Source: Arenicellales bacterium (GTDB taxonomy: Bacteria; Pseudomonadota; Gammaproteobacteria; Arenicellales; JAJDZL01). Taken from it: 64,000 bases of DNA. This document shows, in pieces, positions 38,031 to 47,232 of the stretch; position 1 is the first letter of the stretch, and each line of letters starts with the position of its first letter. The position numbers were made by a program, and so were the translations under genes. The DNA lies in assembly GCA_965214615.1 (NCBI GenBank), contig OZ243952.1:1539941-1603940 (forward strand). The letters are read 5' to 3'. The notes under the pieces were generated by a model. The model did not search any database. It had not been told where the DNA came from and worked only from the letters and a program-made list of their open reading frames with translations.

Positions 38031-39974
38031 ATGGACTCTGGCCTCAATACTCTGCCGAAAATCTTATTCGACCGCGCCAAGCGAAGCTCTGACTTGCCTG
38101 CAATTCGCGAGAAGGATCTTGGAATTTGGCAAACTTGGACCTGGGCCGATGTCGCTCAGGAAGTGCGTGCGTTGGCGTGCGGTCTGGCCGCGAAAGGGTT
38201 TCGCAGAGGCGACAAGATTGCGATTGTCGGCGACAACCGTCCGCGCCTTTACTGGGGCATGGCGGCGGCGCAGAGCCTTGGCGGCGTTCCGGTGCCGCTG
38301 TATCAAGACTCGGTCGCCGAGGAAATGGAATATGTAATCAACCATGCGGATGTGCGCTTCGCGTTGGTTGAAGATCAGGAGCAAGTGGACAAGATGCTCG
38401 AAATCTCGCCGAATTGCCCGGAGCTTCAGGAAATCTTCTACGACGATTCGCGAGGCATGCGCCACTACCGCCATCAGAATCTGCAGGACTACGACACGCT
38501 GGTCGGTTCCGGACGAAAATTCGATTCTGAGAACCCGGGTCACTTCGACTCGGAGCTGAGTCAGGGCAGCGACAGCGACATCGCGATTATTCTGTATACC
38601 TCGGGAACGACCGGATTTCCGAAGGGAGTCATGCTTAGCCACAGCAACATTCTGATTACGGTCGACAACTCGATTAAATTTGACTCGCTGACCGAAAAGG
38701 AGGAATGCCTTGCCTATCTTCCCATGGCGTGGGTTGGCGATCATTTCTTTTCCTATGCCCAGTCCTACGTCGCAGGCTTTTGCGTCAGCTGTCCTGAAAG
38801 CAGCGACACGGTGATGCATGACATGCGCGAAATCGGTCCGACCTATTTCTTCAGTCCGCCGAGAATTTTCGAATCGGTGCTGACCAGCGTCATGGTGCGC
38901 ATGGAAGACTCCAGCTGGATCAAGCGCAAGATGTTCGACTACTTCATGGGAGTCGCAAAGCGCTGCGGGGTCGATATTCTGGAAGGCAGGAGTGTCGGCG
39001 CGTTGGACCGGCTAGTTTATGCGATTGGAAAAATACTCGTCTACGGACCGTTGAAGAACACGATGGGATTCAGCAGGATTCGACTGGCTTACACCGCCGG
39101 AGAAGCCATAGGTCCGGAGATTTTCGAATTCTTCCGTTCATTGGGGATCAACATCAAGCAACTGTACGGCCAGACTGAGGCATCGGTCTATATTTCGCTC
39201 CAGCCGGACAATGAAGTCCGAGCCGATACGGTCGGCCGCCCGTTCCCGGGCGTGGAACTGGAAATCACCGACCGCGGCGAAGTGGTCTATCGCAGTCCCG
39301 GGGTTTTTCAAGCCTACTACAAGAATCCTGAAGCAACGGCAGAAACGCGGACCGACGACGGCTGGGTGTATACCGGCGACGCGGGATACTTCGATGACGA
39401 AGGCCATTTAAAAATCATCGACCGCGTCAAGGATGTCGGAAAATTGAATGGAGGTACGCTGTTTGCGCCCAAGTATATCGAGTGCAAGCTGAAGTTCTTT
39501 CCGCAGATACGCGAAGTTGTCGCGCTCGGAGATCAGAAGGATTTTGTTTCGGCGATGGTGAACATTGATCTGGAAGCGGTAAGCAACTGGGCGGAACGCA
39601 ACAATGTGCCCTACGCCAGCTATCAGGAACTCGCAGCGGATGCCCGGGTTTACGGAATGATCAAGGAGTGCATCGAAAAGACCAACGCCGACCTTGCGGG
39701 CGACTCGACAATGGCGGGCGCCCAGATTCAGCGGTTTCTGATATTGCACAAGGAACTGGACCCTGACGACGGCGAACTGACCCGTACCCGGAAAGTTCGC
39801 CGCAGAATTATTGCAGAACGCTATGCGAGCCTGATCGATGCGGTCTACGAGGGCGCTTCGACCGGGCATATTGAGAATGTCGTCACATTCGAAGACGGGC
39901 GCAAAGGCGAGATGGTGGCGGACTTGGAAATCATGAATGTTGCGACCTATGACGCGATAAAGATGGCAAGCTAG
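38031..39974 (+). CDS. AMP-dependent acyl-CoA synthetase (long-chain fatty acid-CoA ligase-like)
   Basis: 647 aa with the AMP-binding motif YTSGTTGFPKGVMLSH and GYFDDEGHLKIIDRVKD. Confidence 0.85.
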   Translation: MDSGLNTLPKILFDRAKRSSDLPAIREKDLGIWQTWTWADVAQEVRALACGLAAKGFRRGDKIAIVGDNRPRLYWGMAAAQSLGGVPVPLYQDSVAEEMEYVINHADVRFALVEDQEQVDKMLEISPNCPELQEIFYDDSRGMRHYRHQNLQDYDTLVGSGRKFDSENPGHFDSELSQGSDSDIAIILYTSGTTGFPKGVMLSHSNILITVDNSIKFDSLTEKEECLAYLPMAWVGDHFFSYAQSYVAGFCVSCPESSDTVMHDMREIGPTYFFSPPRIFESVLTSVMVRMEDSSWIKRKMFDYFMGVAKRCGVDILEGRSVGALDRLVYAIGKILVYGPLKNTMGFSRIRLAYTAGEAIGPEIFEFFRSLGINIKQLYGQTEASVYISLQPDNEVRADTVGRPFPGVELEITDRGEVVYRSPGVFQAYYKNPEATAETRTDDGWVYTGDAGYFDDEGHLKIIDRVKDVGKLNGGTLFAPKYIECKLKFFPQIREVVALGDQKDFVSAMVNIDLEAVSNWAERNNVPYASYQELAADARVYGMIKECIEKTNADLAGDSTMAGAQIQRFLILHKELDPDDGELTRTRKVRRRIIAERYASLIDAVYEGASTGHIENVVTFEDGRKGEMVADLEIMNVATYDAIKMAS

Positions 39975-39986
39975 GCAGGATCCGAC

Positions 39987-40799
39987 ATGGCCGAACCCAA
40001 TACAGCGCAGCAAACGAGTCAAGTCGAACGAAGTTTTTCGGAAGTCGTTCTCGAAGTTGACGGAATCAGCGTCAATTTCGGCGGTGTCAAGGCATTGCAG
40101 GATGTCAGCTTTTCGACCTACAGGGGCGAGATATTCTCCATCATCGGCCCCAACGGAGCCGGCAAGACATCGATGCTGAATGTCATCAGCGGATTCTACA
40201 AGTGCAGCGCGGGAAAAATCAGATTTGATGGCAATGACAGGACCTCCGCATCTCCTGCGGATGTCGCGCGGATGGGATTCGCCCGCACTTTTCAGAACAT
40301 TGCGCTATTTAAGGGCATGACCACCCTGGACAACATAATGACCGGCCGCCTGGTCAAGGTAAAGAATAATCTCATCAAGGAGGCGTTCTACTATCCGGCC
40401 AGAAGCGAGGAGATGAAGCAGCGCGAATATGTCGAGGAGATCATTGATTTTCTTGAAATTCAAAGTATTCGAAAGACTCCGGTCGGGCGGCTTCCCTATG
40501 GCCTGCAGAAAAGAGTGGAGCTAGGGCGAGCGCTCGCCATGGAGCCGTCAATATTGCTGCTGGACGAGCCCATGGCCGGCATGAATCTGGAAGAAAAGGA
40601 AGACATGGCCCGGTTTGTCATCGATGTGAATGACGAATTCGGCACGACTGTGGTTTTGATTGAGCATGATATGGGCGTTGTGATGGATATTTCCGATCAT
40701 GTCGTTGTGCTCGATCACGGGGTAAGAATCGCTTACGGCGTTCCGGACGAAGTGCGTACCAATCGCGATGTCATACGCGCATATCTTGGTGACCAGTGA
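39987..40799 (+). CDS. LIV-type ABC transporter ATP-binding protein (LivG-like)
   Basis: Walker A GPNGAGKTS and Walker B LLLDEPMAGMN. Confidence 0.9.
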   Translation: MAEPNTAQQTSQVERSFSEVVLEVDGISVNFGGVKALQDVSFSTYRGEIFSIIGPNGAGKTSMLNVISGFYKCSAGKIRFDGNDRTSASPADVARMGFARTFQNIALFKGMTTLDNIMTGRLVKVKNNLIKEAFYYPARSEEMKQREYVEEIIDFLEIQSIRKTPVGRLPYGLQKRVELGRALAMEPSILLLDEPMAGMNLEEKEDMARFVIDVNDEFGTTVVLIEHDMGVVMDISDHVVVLDHGVRIAYGVPDEVRTNRDVIRAYLGDQ

Positions 40800-40802
40800 G
40801 GA

Positions 40803-42029
40803 GTGGCTGACGTGGATCTGACTTATTTTCTGTTTTTTATCGAGGTGCTGGTCGGCGGCCTGCTCACCGGCATCATGTACTCCCTGGTTGCGCTCGGACT
40901 GGTTCTCATTTTCAAGGCATCATCGATCTTCAATTTCGCGCAAGGGGCGCTGGTGCTGTTTGGAGCACTGACCTTTGTTCTGCTGACCGAGGTGTCGGGA
41001 GAATTCTGGTCCTGGACCGCGTGGCTTGCAATTTTTCTTGCCGCCGCTGCAGGTGTGATATTCCTGATTACCCGCGGGGGCACTGTGACGTCCGTGAAGC
41101 TGCTACCGGAAAAGCATCTGGGCAGGCTGCCCATCTATATTGGGGCGGTGACGATGGTTGTGCTTGCCACGTTCGCCGACGGCACGCACAACATGTGGCG
41201 GGGCATCTTCGTGACCTTGCTGATTTTTCTCGTATTGACAACCGGTGTGCGCAACCCGAAGTGGGCCATTGGCGTCTTGCTCGGGCTCGCTGTACTGAGC
41301 TTGTTCGGCGATGGCGTCGTAGCGTGGAGAGCTTTTGCGGTGACCTTGGCGGTGGTGATTGCAATGGCGATTGCGATCGAGCGGATTGTACTGCGCCCGA
41401 TGGTGAATCAGGAGCCGATTATTCTTTTCATGGCGACGATCGGGCTGAACTTCGTCATCGAAGGCGTGGCGCAGGGTGTCTGGGACGCCGATGTGCATGC
41501 GCTGGATATCGGCATTCCTGACGTGCCGTTTAATTTCTACGGCGTCTACATCAGCCAGTTTGACATTGTGGCCGGTCTGATTGCCGCGGCGCTTGTGACT
41601 GCGCTGGCAATATTCTTTCAAAAGACCCGTGTCGGGCGCGCGCTTCGCGCAGTAGCCGACGATCACCAGGCAGCCTTGAGCGTAGGCATTCCACTGAAGA
41701 ATATCTGGGCTGTCGTGTGGGCGGCATCGGGCATCGTTGCTTTTTTCGCCGGTCTGATGTGGGGGTCCAAGCTCGGGGTGCAGTTCAGCATATCGCTGCT
41801 GGCATTCAAGGCGCTGCCGGTCATTATTATCGGAGGGTTCACCTCGATTCCGGGCGCGATAATCGGAGGACTGATTGTCGGAGCGACTGAAAAGCTGTTC
41901 GAAGTGTTTGTCGGAATCCGCTATTTCGGCGGCGGGACTGAGAACTGGACGCCGTACATGCTGGGAATGTTCTTCCTGATGTTTCGGCCTCAGGGGCTGT
42001 TTGGCGAAAAGATCATTGAACGCGTGTAG
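40803..42029 (+). CDS. LIV-type ABC transporter permease (LivH-like) with extra membrane segments
   Basis: 408 aa. The LivH-like N-terminus LVGGLLTGIMYSLVALGLVLIF is followed by roughly 100 extra hydrophobic residues before the conserved ERIVLRPM region. GTG start. Confidence 0.85.
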   Translation: MADVDLTYFLFFIEVLVGGLLTGIMYSLVALGLVLIFKASSIFNFAQGALVLFGALTFVLLTEVSGEFWSWTAWLAIFLAAAAGVIFLITRGGTVTSVKLLPEKHLGRLPIYIGAVTMVVLATFADGTHNMWRGIFVTLLIFLVLTTGVRNPKWAIGVLLGLAVLSLFGDGVVAWRAFAVTLAVVIAMAIAIERIVLRPMVNQEPIILFMATIGLNFVIEGVAQGVWDADVHALDIGIPDVPFNFYGVYISQFDIVAGLIAAALVTALAIFFQKTRVGRALRAVADDHQAALSVGIPLKNIWAVVWAASGIVAFFAGLMWGSKLGVQFSISLLAFKALPVIIIGGFTSIPGAIIGGLIVGATEKLFEVFVGIRYFGGGTENWTPYMLGMFFLMFRPQGLFGEKIIERV

Positions 42030-42056
42030 CTGGGCTAGATCGGAGTATTAAAAGGC

Positions 42057-43184
42057 ATGTTTTATCGTGAAGTAGGGCAGTACAAGACAACCTACGGCGC
42101 CGATCAGGCGATATTCCCGATTTCGAATGACCGGATCGGCGTCACATTGTTGCTCATTATTGCGTTCGTTGTACCTCCGATGACAGGAAGCCACTACCTG
42201 CTCGGACCGATTATGACCCAGTTTCTGGTTTTCGGACTGGCGGCGCTCGGCCTGAATCTGCTTACGGGCTATGCCGGACAGGTTTCCCTCGGCACCGGGG
42301 GCTTTATGGCGGTCGGCGCATTCGGCTGCTACAACCTGGTTTTGCGGGTTCCGGAAATTCCCCTGGTGGTGGATTTCATACTGGCCGGACTGATGGCGGC
42401 CGCGGTCGGCGTTTTGTTCGGCATTCCGTCTTTGAGGATCAAGGGTTTTTATCTTGCCGTTGCAACGCTGGCATCGCAGTTCTTCCTGCTTTGGATTTTC
42501 GATCATGTCGGGTGGTTTACCAACTATGATCCGGCCGGAGTCGCCTCGGCGCCGACGGCGACCTTGTTCGGCAAACTGGCCGAACCGGGCGGCATGTTTG
42601 ATTTTCTGGCTCCGATCAATGTGATTGTGTCAGGCCCCAATGCGACGCCGGAGGTGAAATACCTGGTCACCCTTTCGGTTGTCGTGGTTCTGGCGTTGCT
42701 TGCCAAGAACATAGTTCGCGGCATGACGGGCCGGGCCTGGATGGCGATTCGGGATTTCGACATTGCCGCAGAAATCATCGGCATCCGTCCGCTTCGCACC
42801 AAGCTTCTGGCTTTTGCGATCAGTTCGTTCTACTGCGGCGTCGCCGGAGCCCTGTATGTATTCACCTATGTCGGCAACGCGGATACCGAGGCATTCGATC
42901 TGATCCGTTCATTCAACATTCTGTTCATGATCATCATCGGCGGGCTTGGCACGATCATGGGCGCGTTCCTTGGAGCGGCATTTATCGCGCTGCTGCCGGT
43001 GGTATTGAATATTCTGGCGAACCATCTGGGCGAGGGCACCTTGTCCGGGTCCGCACTGGCGAATCTGGAATTGATTGTGTACGGCGGCACTATTATTTTC
43101 TTTCTGGCTGTCGAACCGCTCGGTTTTGCCCGGCTGTGGCAAATTCTCAAGGAGAAACTGCGGCAATGGCCTTTTCCGTACTGA
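42057..43184 (+). CDS. LIV-type ABC transporter permease (LivM-like)
   Basis: 375 aa polytopic protein containing GLNLLTGYAGQVSLGTGGFMAVGAF. Confidence 0.85.
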   Translation: MFYREVGQYKTTYGADQAIFPISNDRIGVTLLLIIAFVVPPMTGSHYLLGPIMTQFLVFGLAALGLNLLTGYAGQVSLGTGGFMAVGAFGCYNLVLRVPEIPLVVDFILAGLMAAAVGVLFGIPSLRIKGFYLAVATLASQFFLLWIFDHVGWFTNYDPAGVASAPTATLFGKLAEPGGMFDFLAPINVIVSGPNATPEVKYLVTLSVVVVLALLAKNIVRGMTGRAWMAIRDFDIAAEIIGIRPLRTKLLAFAISSFYCGVAGALYVFTYVGNADTEAFDLIRSFNILFMIIIGGLGTIMGAFLGAAFIALLPVVLNILANHLGEGTLSGSALANLELIVYGGTIIFFLAVEPLGFARLWQILKEKLRQWPFPY

Positions 43185-43309
43185 CGTATGCGTTCAATTC
43201 CGGATCAATGCCCGGTTGCGCGGCGAATGGCGCCCTGCCGCCTTGTGTTAACATTGCAGGATAAAGGCAATTTACTGGTTATACATTTGAAATAAAGTGA
43301 GGTATTAGC

Positions 43310-44650
43310 ATGAAAATCAAATCTACCGTACTTGCGCTAACGGCATCAATCATGGCTGTTCTGCCATTTTCGGTGACTCAGGCTCAGGATGCTGAACAGT
43401 TCTTTCCCGCACTGGTGTATCGGACCGGTCCGTATGCCGCAGGGGGGTCGGGTTTCTTTGGCGGCTTCTTAGACTACATGGCGTTGATGAATCTGCGTGA
43501 CGGCGGTGTCAATGGCGTAAAACTTGCCTGGGAAGAGTGCGAAACCGCTTACAACTCCGACCGCGGAGTCGAGTGCTACGAACGGCTCAAGAACAAGGGC
43601 GAAAAAGGTGCCACGGTTGTGCATCCGCTGAGCACCGGCATCACCTACCGCCTGATCGAGCGTGCAACCGCTGACAAGGTTCCTCTGATCACAATGGGCT
43701 ACGGACGTACCGATGCCACCAACGGAAAGGTATTTCCGTGGGTGTTCCCGGTGATCACCAACTACTGGAGTCAGAACACAGCGAAAATCAAGTATATCGG
43801 GATGCAGGAAGGCGGCATGGATCAGCTGGCCGGCAAGAAAATCGCGAATCTGTATCACGACAGCAGCTACGGCAAGGAGACTCGCCCGGTGCTGAATGTT
43901 CAGGCTGAAAAATACGGCTTTGAAGTCAAGCACTACCCGATTGCCCATCCGGGACTTGATCAGAAGGCTACGTGGCTGGAGGTTGCCCGAATCTACAAGC
44001 CTGACTGGGTTATTCTGCGAGGCTGGGGTGTGATGAATCCCACGGCGCTCAAGGAAGCTGCCCGGGTTGGCTTTCCTGCAGACCGCATCGTCGGTGTCTG
44101 GTGGAGCGGTGCGGAAGAGGATGTGATTCCTGCGGGCGACGCCGCGGTTGGCTATGTTGCTGCCGGCTTCCATCCGTCCGGAAAGAACTTTCCTCTGGCC
44201 GGCGAGATTCTTGACGTTGTGCACGGCGCAGGCCAAGGCAATATTTCTCCGCAACGTGTTGGGACGATTTATTGGAACCGAGGCGTTGTAGCCGGTATTG
44301 TGACTGTTGAAGCCATGCGTACGGCGCAGGCGAAGTTTGGCAATCAAGTGCTTTCGGGCGAGGAGATGCGCTGGGGTTTGGAGAATCTGGACATCACCTC
44401 CGAGCGGATCAGTGAAATCGGAGCTGCAGGACTCATGGCCCCGCTGACCGTGACATGCGCGGACCACGAGGGCGGCGGGCCGGTCAAGTTCAGCCGCTGG
44501 GACGGCAACCAATGGGTTGAGGTGACTGACTGGATCGCGACTGACAAGGAGATTGTCGGACCGATGATCGAGGAGTCGTCCATGGCGTACGCGAGCGAAA
44601 AAGGAATCACTCCGCGTTCCGGAGAGTCTATGGGGTCCGATTGCGGCTAG
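43310..44650 (+). CDS. ABC transporter periplasmic substrate-binding protein (LivK/type I PBP-like)
   Basis: Signal peptide MKIKSTVLALTASIMAVLPFSVTQA. 446 aa, and the gene sits inside the transporter cluster. Confidence 0.85.
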   Translation: MKIKSTVLALTASIMAVLPFSVTQAQDAEQFFPALVYRTGPYAAGGSGFFGGFLDYMALMNLRDGGVNGVKLAWEECETAYNSDRGVECYERLKNKGEKGATVVHPLSTGITYRLIERATADKVPLITMGYGRTDATNGKVFPWVFPVITNYWSQNTAKIKYIGMQEGGMDQLAGKKIANLYHDSSYGKETRPVLNVQAEKYGFEVKHYPIAHPGLDQKATWLEVARIYKPDWVILRGWGVMNPTALKEAARVGFPADRIVGVWWSGAEEDVIPAGDAAVGYVAAGFHPSGKNFPLAGEILDVVHGAGQGNISPQRVGTIYWNRGVVAGIVTVEAMRTAQAKFGNQVLSGEEMRWGLENLDITSERISEIGAAGLMAPLTVTCADHEGGGPVKFSRWDGNQWVEVTDWIATDKEIVGPMIEESSMAYASEKGITPRSGESMGSDCG

Positions 44651-44681
44651 TGTCGCACCTGACTGCCACGGATCGATTCGC

Positions 44682-45524
44682 ATGAACGAGCAATCATCTG
44701 TTGCGCCTGAATCGGCGCGCCAAAAAGCGCTGATCAGCGTCAACAATATCGAGGTTATCTATGACCGGGTGATACTTGTTCTAAAGGGTGTATCCCTGGA
44801 AGTTCCCGAGAAGGGCATCATTGCCCTTCTCGGGGCTAACGGCGCCGGCAAGACGACGACGCTCAAGGCGATATCGAATCTGCTTCGCGCCGAGCGCGGC
44901 GAGGTGACCAAGGGCAGCATTATCTACCGGGGCGAGCGCGTCGATGCGCTGACACCGTCGGACCTGGTGGTTCGAGGCGTGACCCAGGTCATGGAGGGTC
45001 GGCACTGCTTCGAGCATCTGACTGTTGAGGAGAATCTGATGACCGGCGCCTACACGCGCCGCGACGGCCGCGCCGCGATTCAGGCGGACCTGGAAAAGGT
45101 CTACACCTACTTTCCGCGTTTGAAAGAACGCCGTACAGGGCTTGCAGGATACATTTCAGGCGGTGAGCAGCAAATGACCGCGGTTGGACGAGCGCTGATG
45201 GCCAAGCCGTCTGCAATTTTGCTCGATGAACCTTCCATGGGACTTGCTCCGACGCTGGTCGAGGAGATTTTTGAAATAATCAAGCGACTGAACGAAAACG
45301 AAGAAGTGACTATTCTGCTGGCTGAGCAGAACACCAACATGGCGCTGCGCTACTCGCAGTACGGCTATATTCTAGAAAGCGGCCGCGTTGTGATGGATGG
45401 GCAGGCATCCGATCTTCTTCAAAACGAGGACGTCAAGGAGTTTTATCTGGGCGTCAGCGGGGAAAAACGCAAAAGCTTCAGGGAAGTGAAGCACTATCGT
45501 CGCCGTAAGCGCTGGCTTACTTGA
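44682..45524 (+). CDS. LIV-type ABC transporter ATP-binding protein (LivF-like)
   Basis: Contains GANGAGKTTT, LSGGEQQM and LLDEPSMGLAP. Confidence 0.9.
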   Translation: MNEQSSVAPESARQKALISVNNIEVIYDRVILVLKGVSLEVPEKGIIALLGANGAGKTTTLKAISNLLRAERGEVTKGSIIYRGERVDALTPSDLVVRGVTQVMEGRHCFEHLTVEENLMTGAYTRRDGRAAIQADLEKVYTYFPRLKERRTGLAGYISGGEQQMTAVGRALMAKPSAILLDEPSMGLAPTLVEEIFEIIKRLNENEEVTILLAEQNTNMALRYSQYGYILESGRVVMDGQASDLLQNEDVKEFYLGVSGEKRKSFREVKHYRRRKRWLT

Positions 45525-45618
45525 CGGCGCTTCAAAAGGTGCGCGGCATCGGAGGAATCGATTTTGCGGCACCGAAAAGGGATAAACGGCTCCGCATGAT
45601 CGCCGGAGAGCCAAGGCC

Positions 45619-46860
45619 ATGACCTCACAATATTTTGATTCTCTTGAAACGCGTGATCCGCAGGTGCGGCGCCGCGAATTGGATGCATCGCTGCGCAGCC
45701 ATCTGCGGCATGCGTATGCGCACTCGTCGTACGTGAAGGGCGCCCAGCTGTCCGGAATTGATGTCGAATCGATCCGGTCGTGCGAGGATCTGGCTGCCGT
45801 TCCGGTTATACGAAAAACCGACTTGATGGATCTGCAAAGGCAAGATCCGCCGTTCGCGGGGCTGGATGCGATAACCGAATATCCGCTGATGAATGTGTTT
45901 GCGTCGCCTGGACCGATTTTCGAATTTCAGACGACACGGCCGGATTTTTGCAGAATGTCCCGGGCCATGTATGCCGCTGGCATGCGTGCCGGCATGCTGG
46001 TGCACAACTCGTTCGCATATCACTTTACCCCGGCGGGTGCAATGATGGAAAGCGGCGCCAAGGCGCTGGGATGCTCAGTGTTTCCGGCCGGCGTCGGCCA
46101 GACCGAGATGCAGGTGCAGATTATGGGGCACATGCGTCCGCAGGCTTACGCGGGCACGCCTTCGTATTTGAAGATTCTGCTGGATCATGCGGCCAATGAA
46201 GGCACCGATGTGTCTTCGATGAAAATCGGCATCGTTTCAGGCGAGGCGCTGCCGCCATCGCTCAGAACCGCGATCAAGGAATTTAACGTAGATGTGCTTC
46301 AGTGCTACGGGGTTGCCGATGCGGGTTTGATTGCATACGAATCGCCGGCGATGGAAGGACTCATTGTAGATGAAGGAGTGATTCTGGAAATTGTCCAGCC
46401 TGGAACGGATGACCTGGTTGCCGAAGGGGAGGTGGGCGAGATTGTGGTGACGCCGCTGAATCCGGACTATCCACTGATTCGGTTTGGTACCGGAGATCTG
46501 TCTGCGGTGATGCCGGGTGAGAGTCCTTGCGGCCGCACGAATACGCGGATTCGGGGCTGGATGGGCCGTGCGGATCAATCGGCGAAGGTGCGGGGCATGT
46601 TTGTTCATCCGTCGCAGGTTGCGCAGATTGTCAAGAGGTTTCCGGAATTGTCGCGGGCGCGTCTGGTAATTTCAAGCGTGGATCATCTGGATTCCATGGA
46701 TCTTCATTGTGAAGCTGCGCAGCATTCCGAATCTCTGGCAGAAGCGATCAAGTCATGTATTCGCGAGATATGCAAGCTCAGAGGTGATGTCGTATTTACC
46801 GAGCCCGGTTCGCTTCCAAGGGACGGCATCGTTATCGAAGATGCGCGAAGCCACGAGTAG
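45619..46860 (+). CDS. phenylacetate-CoA ligase-like adenylate-forming enzyme (PaaK / F390 synthetase family)
   Basis: 413 aa. The C-terminal pattern GEIVVTPLNPDYPLIRFGTGD is typical of the PaaK family as I recall it. Confidence 0.75.
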   Translation: MTSQYFDSLETRDPQVRRRELDASLRSHLRHAYAHSSYVKGAQLSGIDVESIRSCEDLAAVPVIRKTDLMDLQRQDPPFAGLDAITEYPLMNVFASPGPIFEFQTTRPDFCRMSRAMYAAGMRAGMLVHNSFAYHFTPAGAMMESGAKALGCSVFPAGVGQTEMQVQIMGHMRPQAYAGTPSYLKILLDHAANEGTDVSSMKIGIVSGEALPPSLRTAIKEFNVDVLQCYGVADAGLIAYESPAMEGLIVDEGVILEIVQPGTDDLVAEGEVGEIVVTPLNPDYPLIRFGTGDLSAVMPGESPCGRTNTRIRGWMGRADQSAKVRGMFVHPSQVAQIVKRFPELSRARLVISSVDHLDSMDLHCEAAQHSESLAEAIKSCIREICKLRGDVVFTEPGSLPRDGIVIEDARSHE

Positions 46861-47232
46861 TTTGCTTTGGCGGCAACCGGTGATGAATGAGTTTAGCTTC
46901 GGGCGTGAGCAATACCATTGATACAGCCGGGTCTGTTCGATTTTTTTGAAGAATTGCCGAGATTGCCAATTCTATTGTCATTTATGCGAGCGGCGGTCTG
47001 AAGTCCAAAGGCAATTGTGTTCAAGTCGGCATTGGCATGCCTGACGTTTCGACTATGGAGCAGAGTGGATTTGCCCCTCAATTTGGATCATGCAACTGTT
47101 CGGGTTCGCGTTTTCATTTTAGCGAGCGTTTGTGTTCAGCGCGTTTCGACCCGACCGGAAATGCAGCTGATCAGTATCAATTCTGCAGCAGTATGCAGTA
47201 ACTGTTGAGCATAATAACGGGATAGGATTGAT

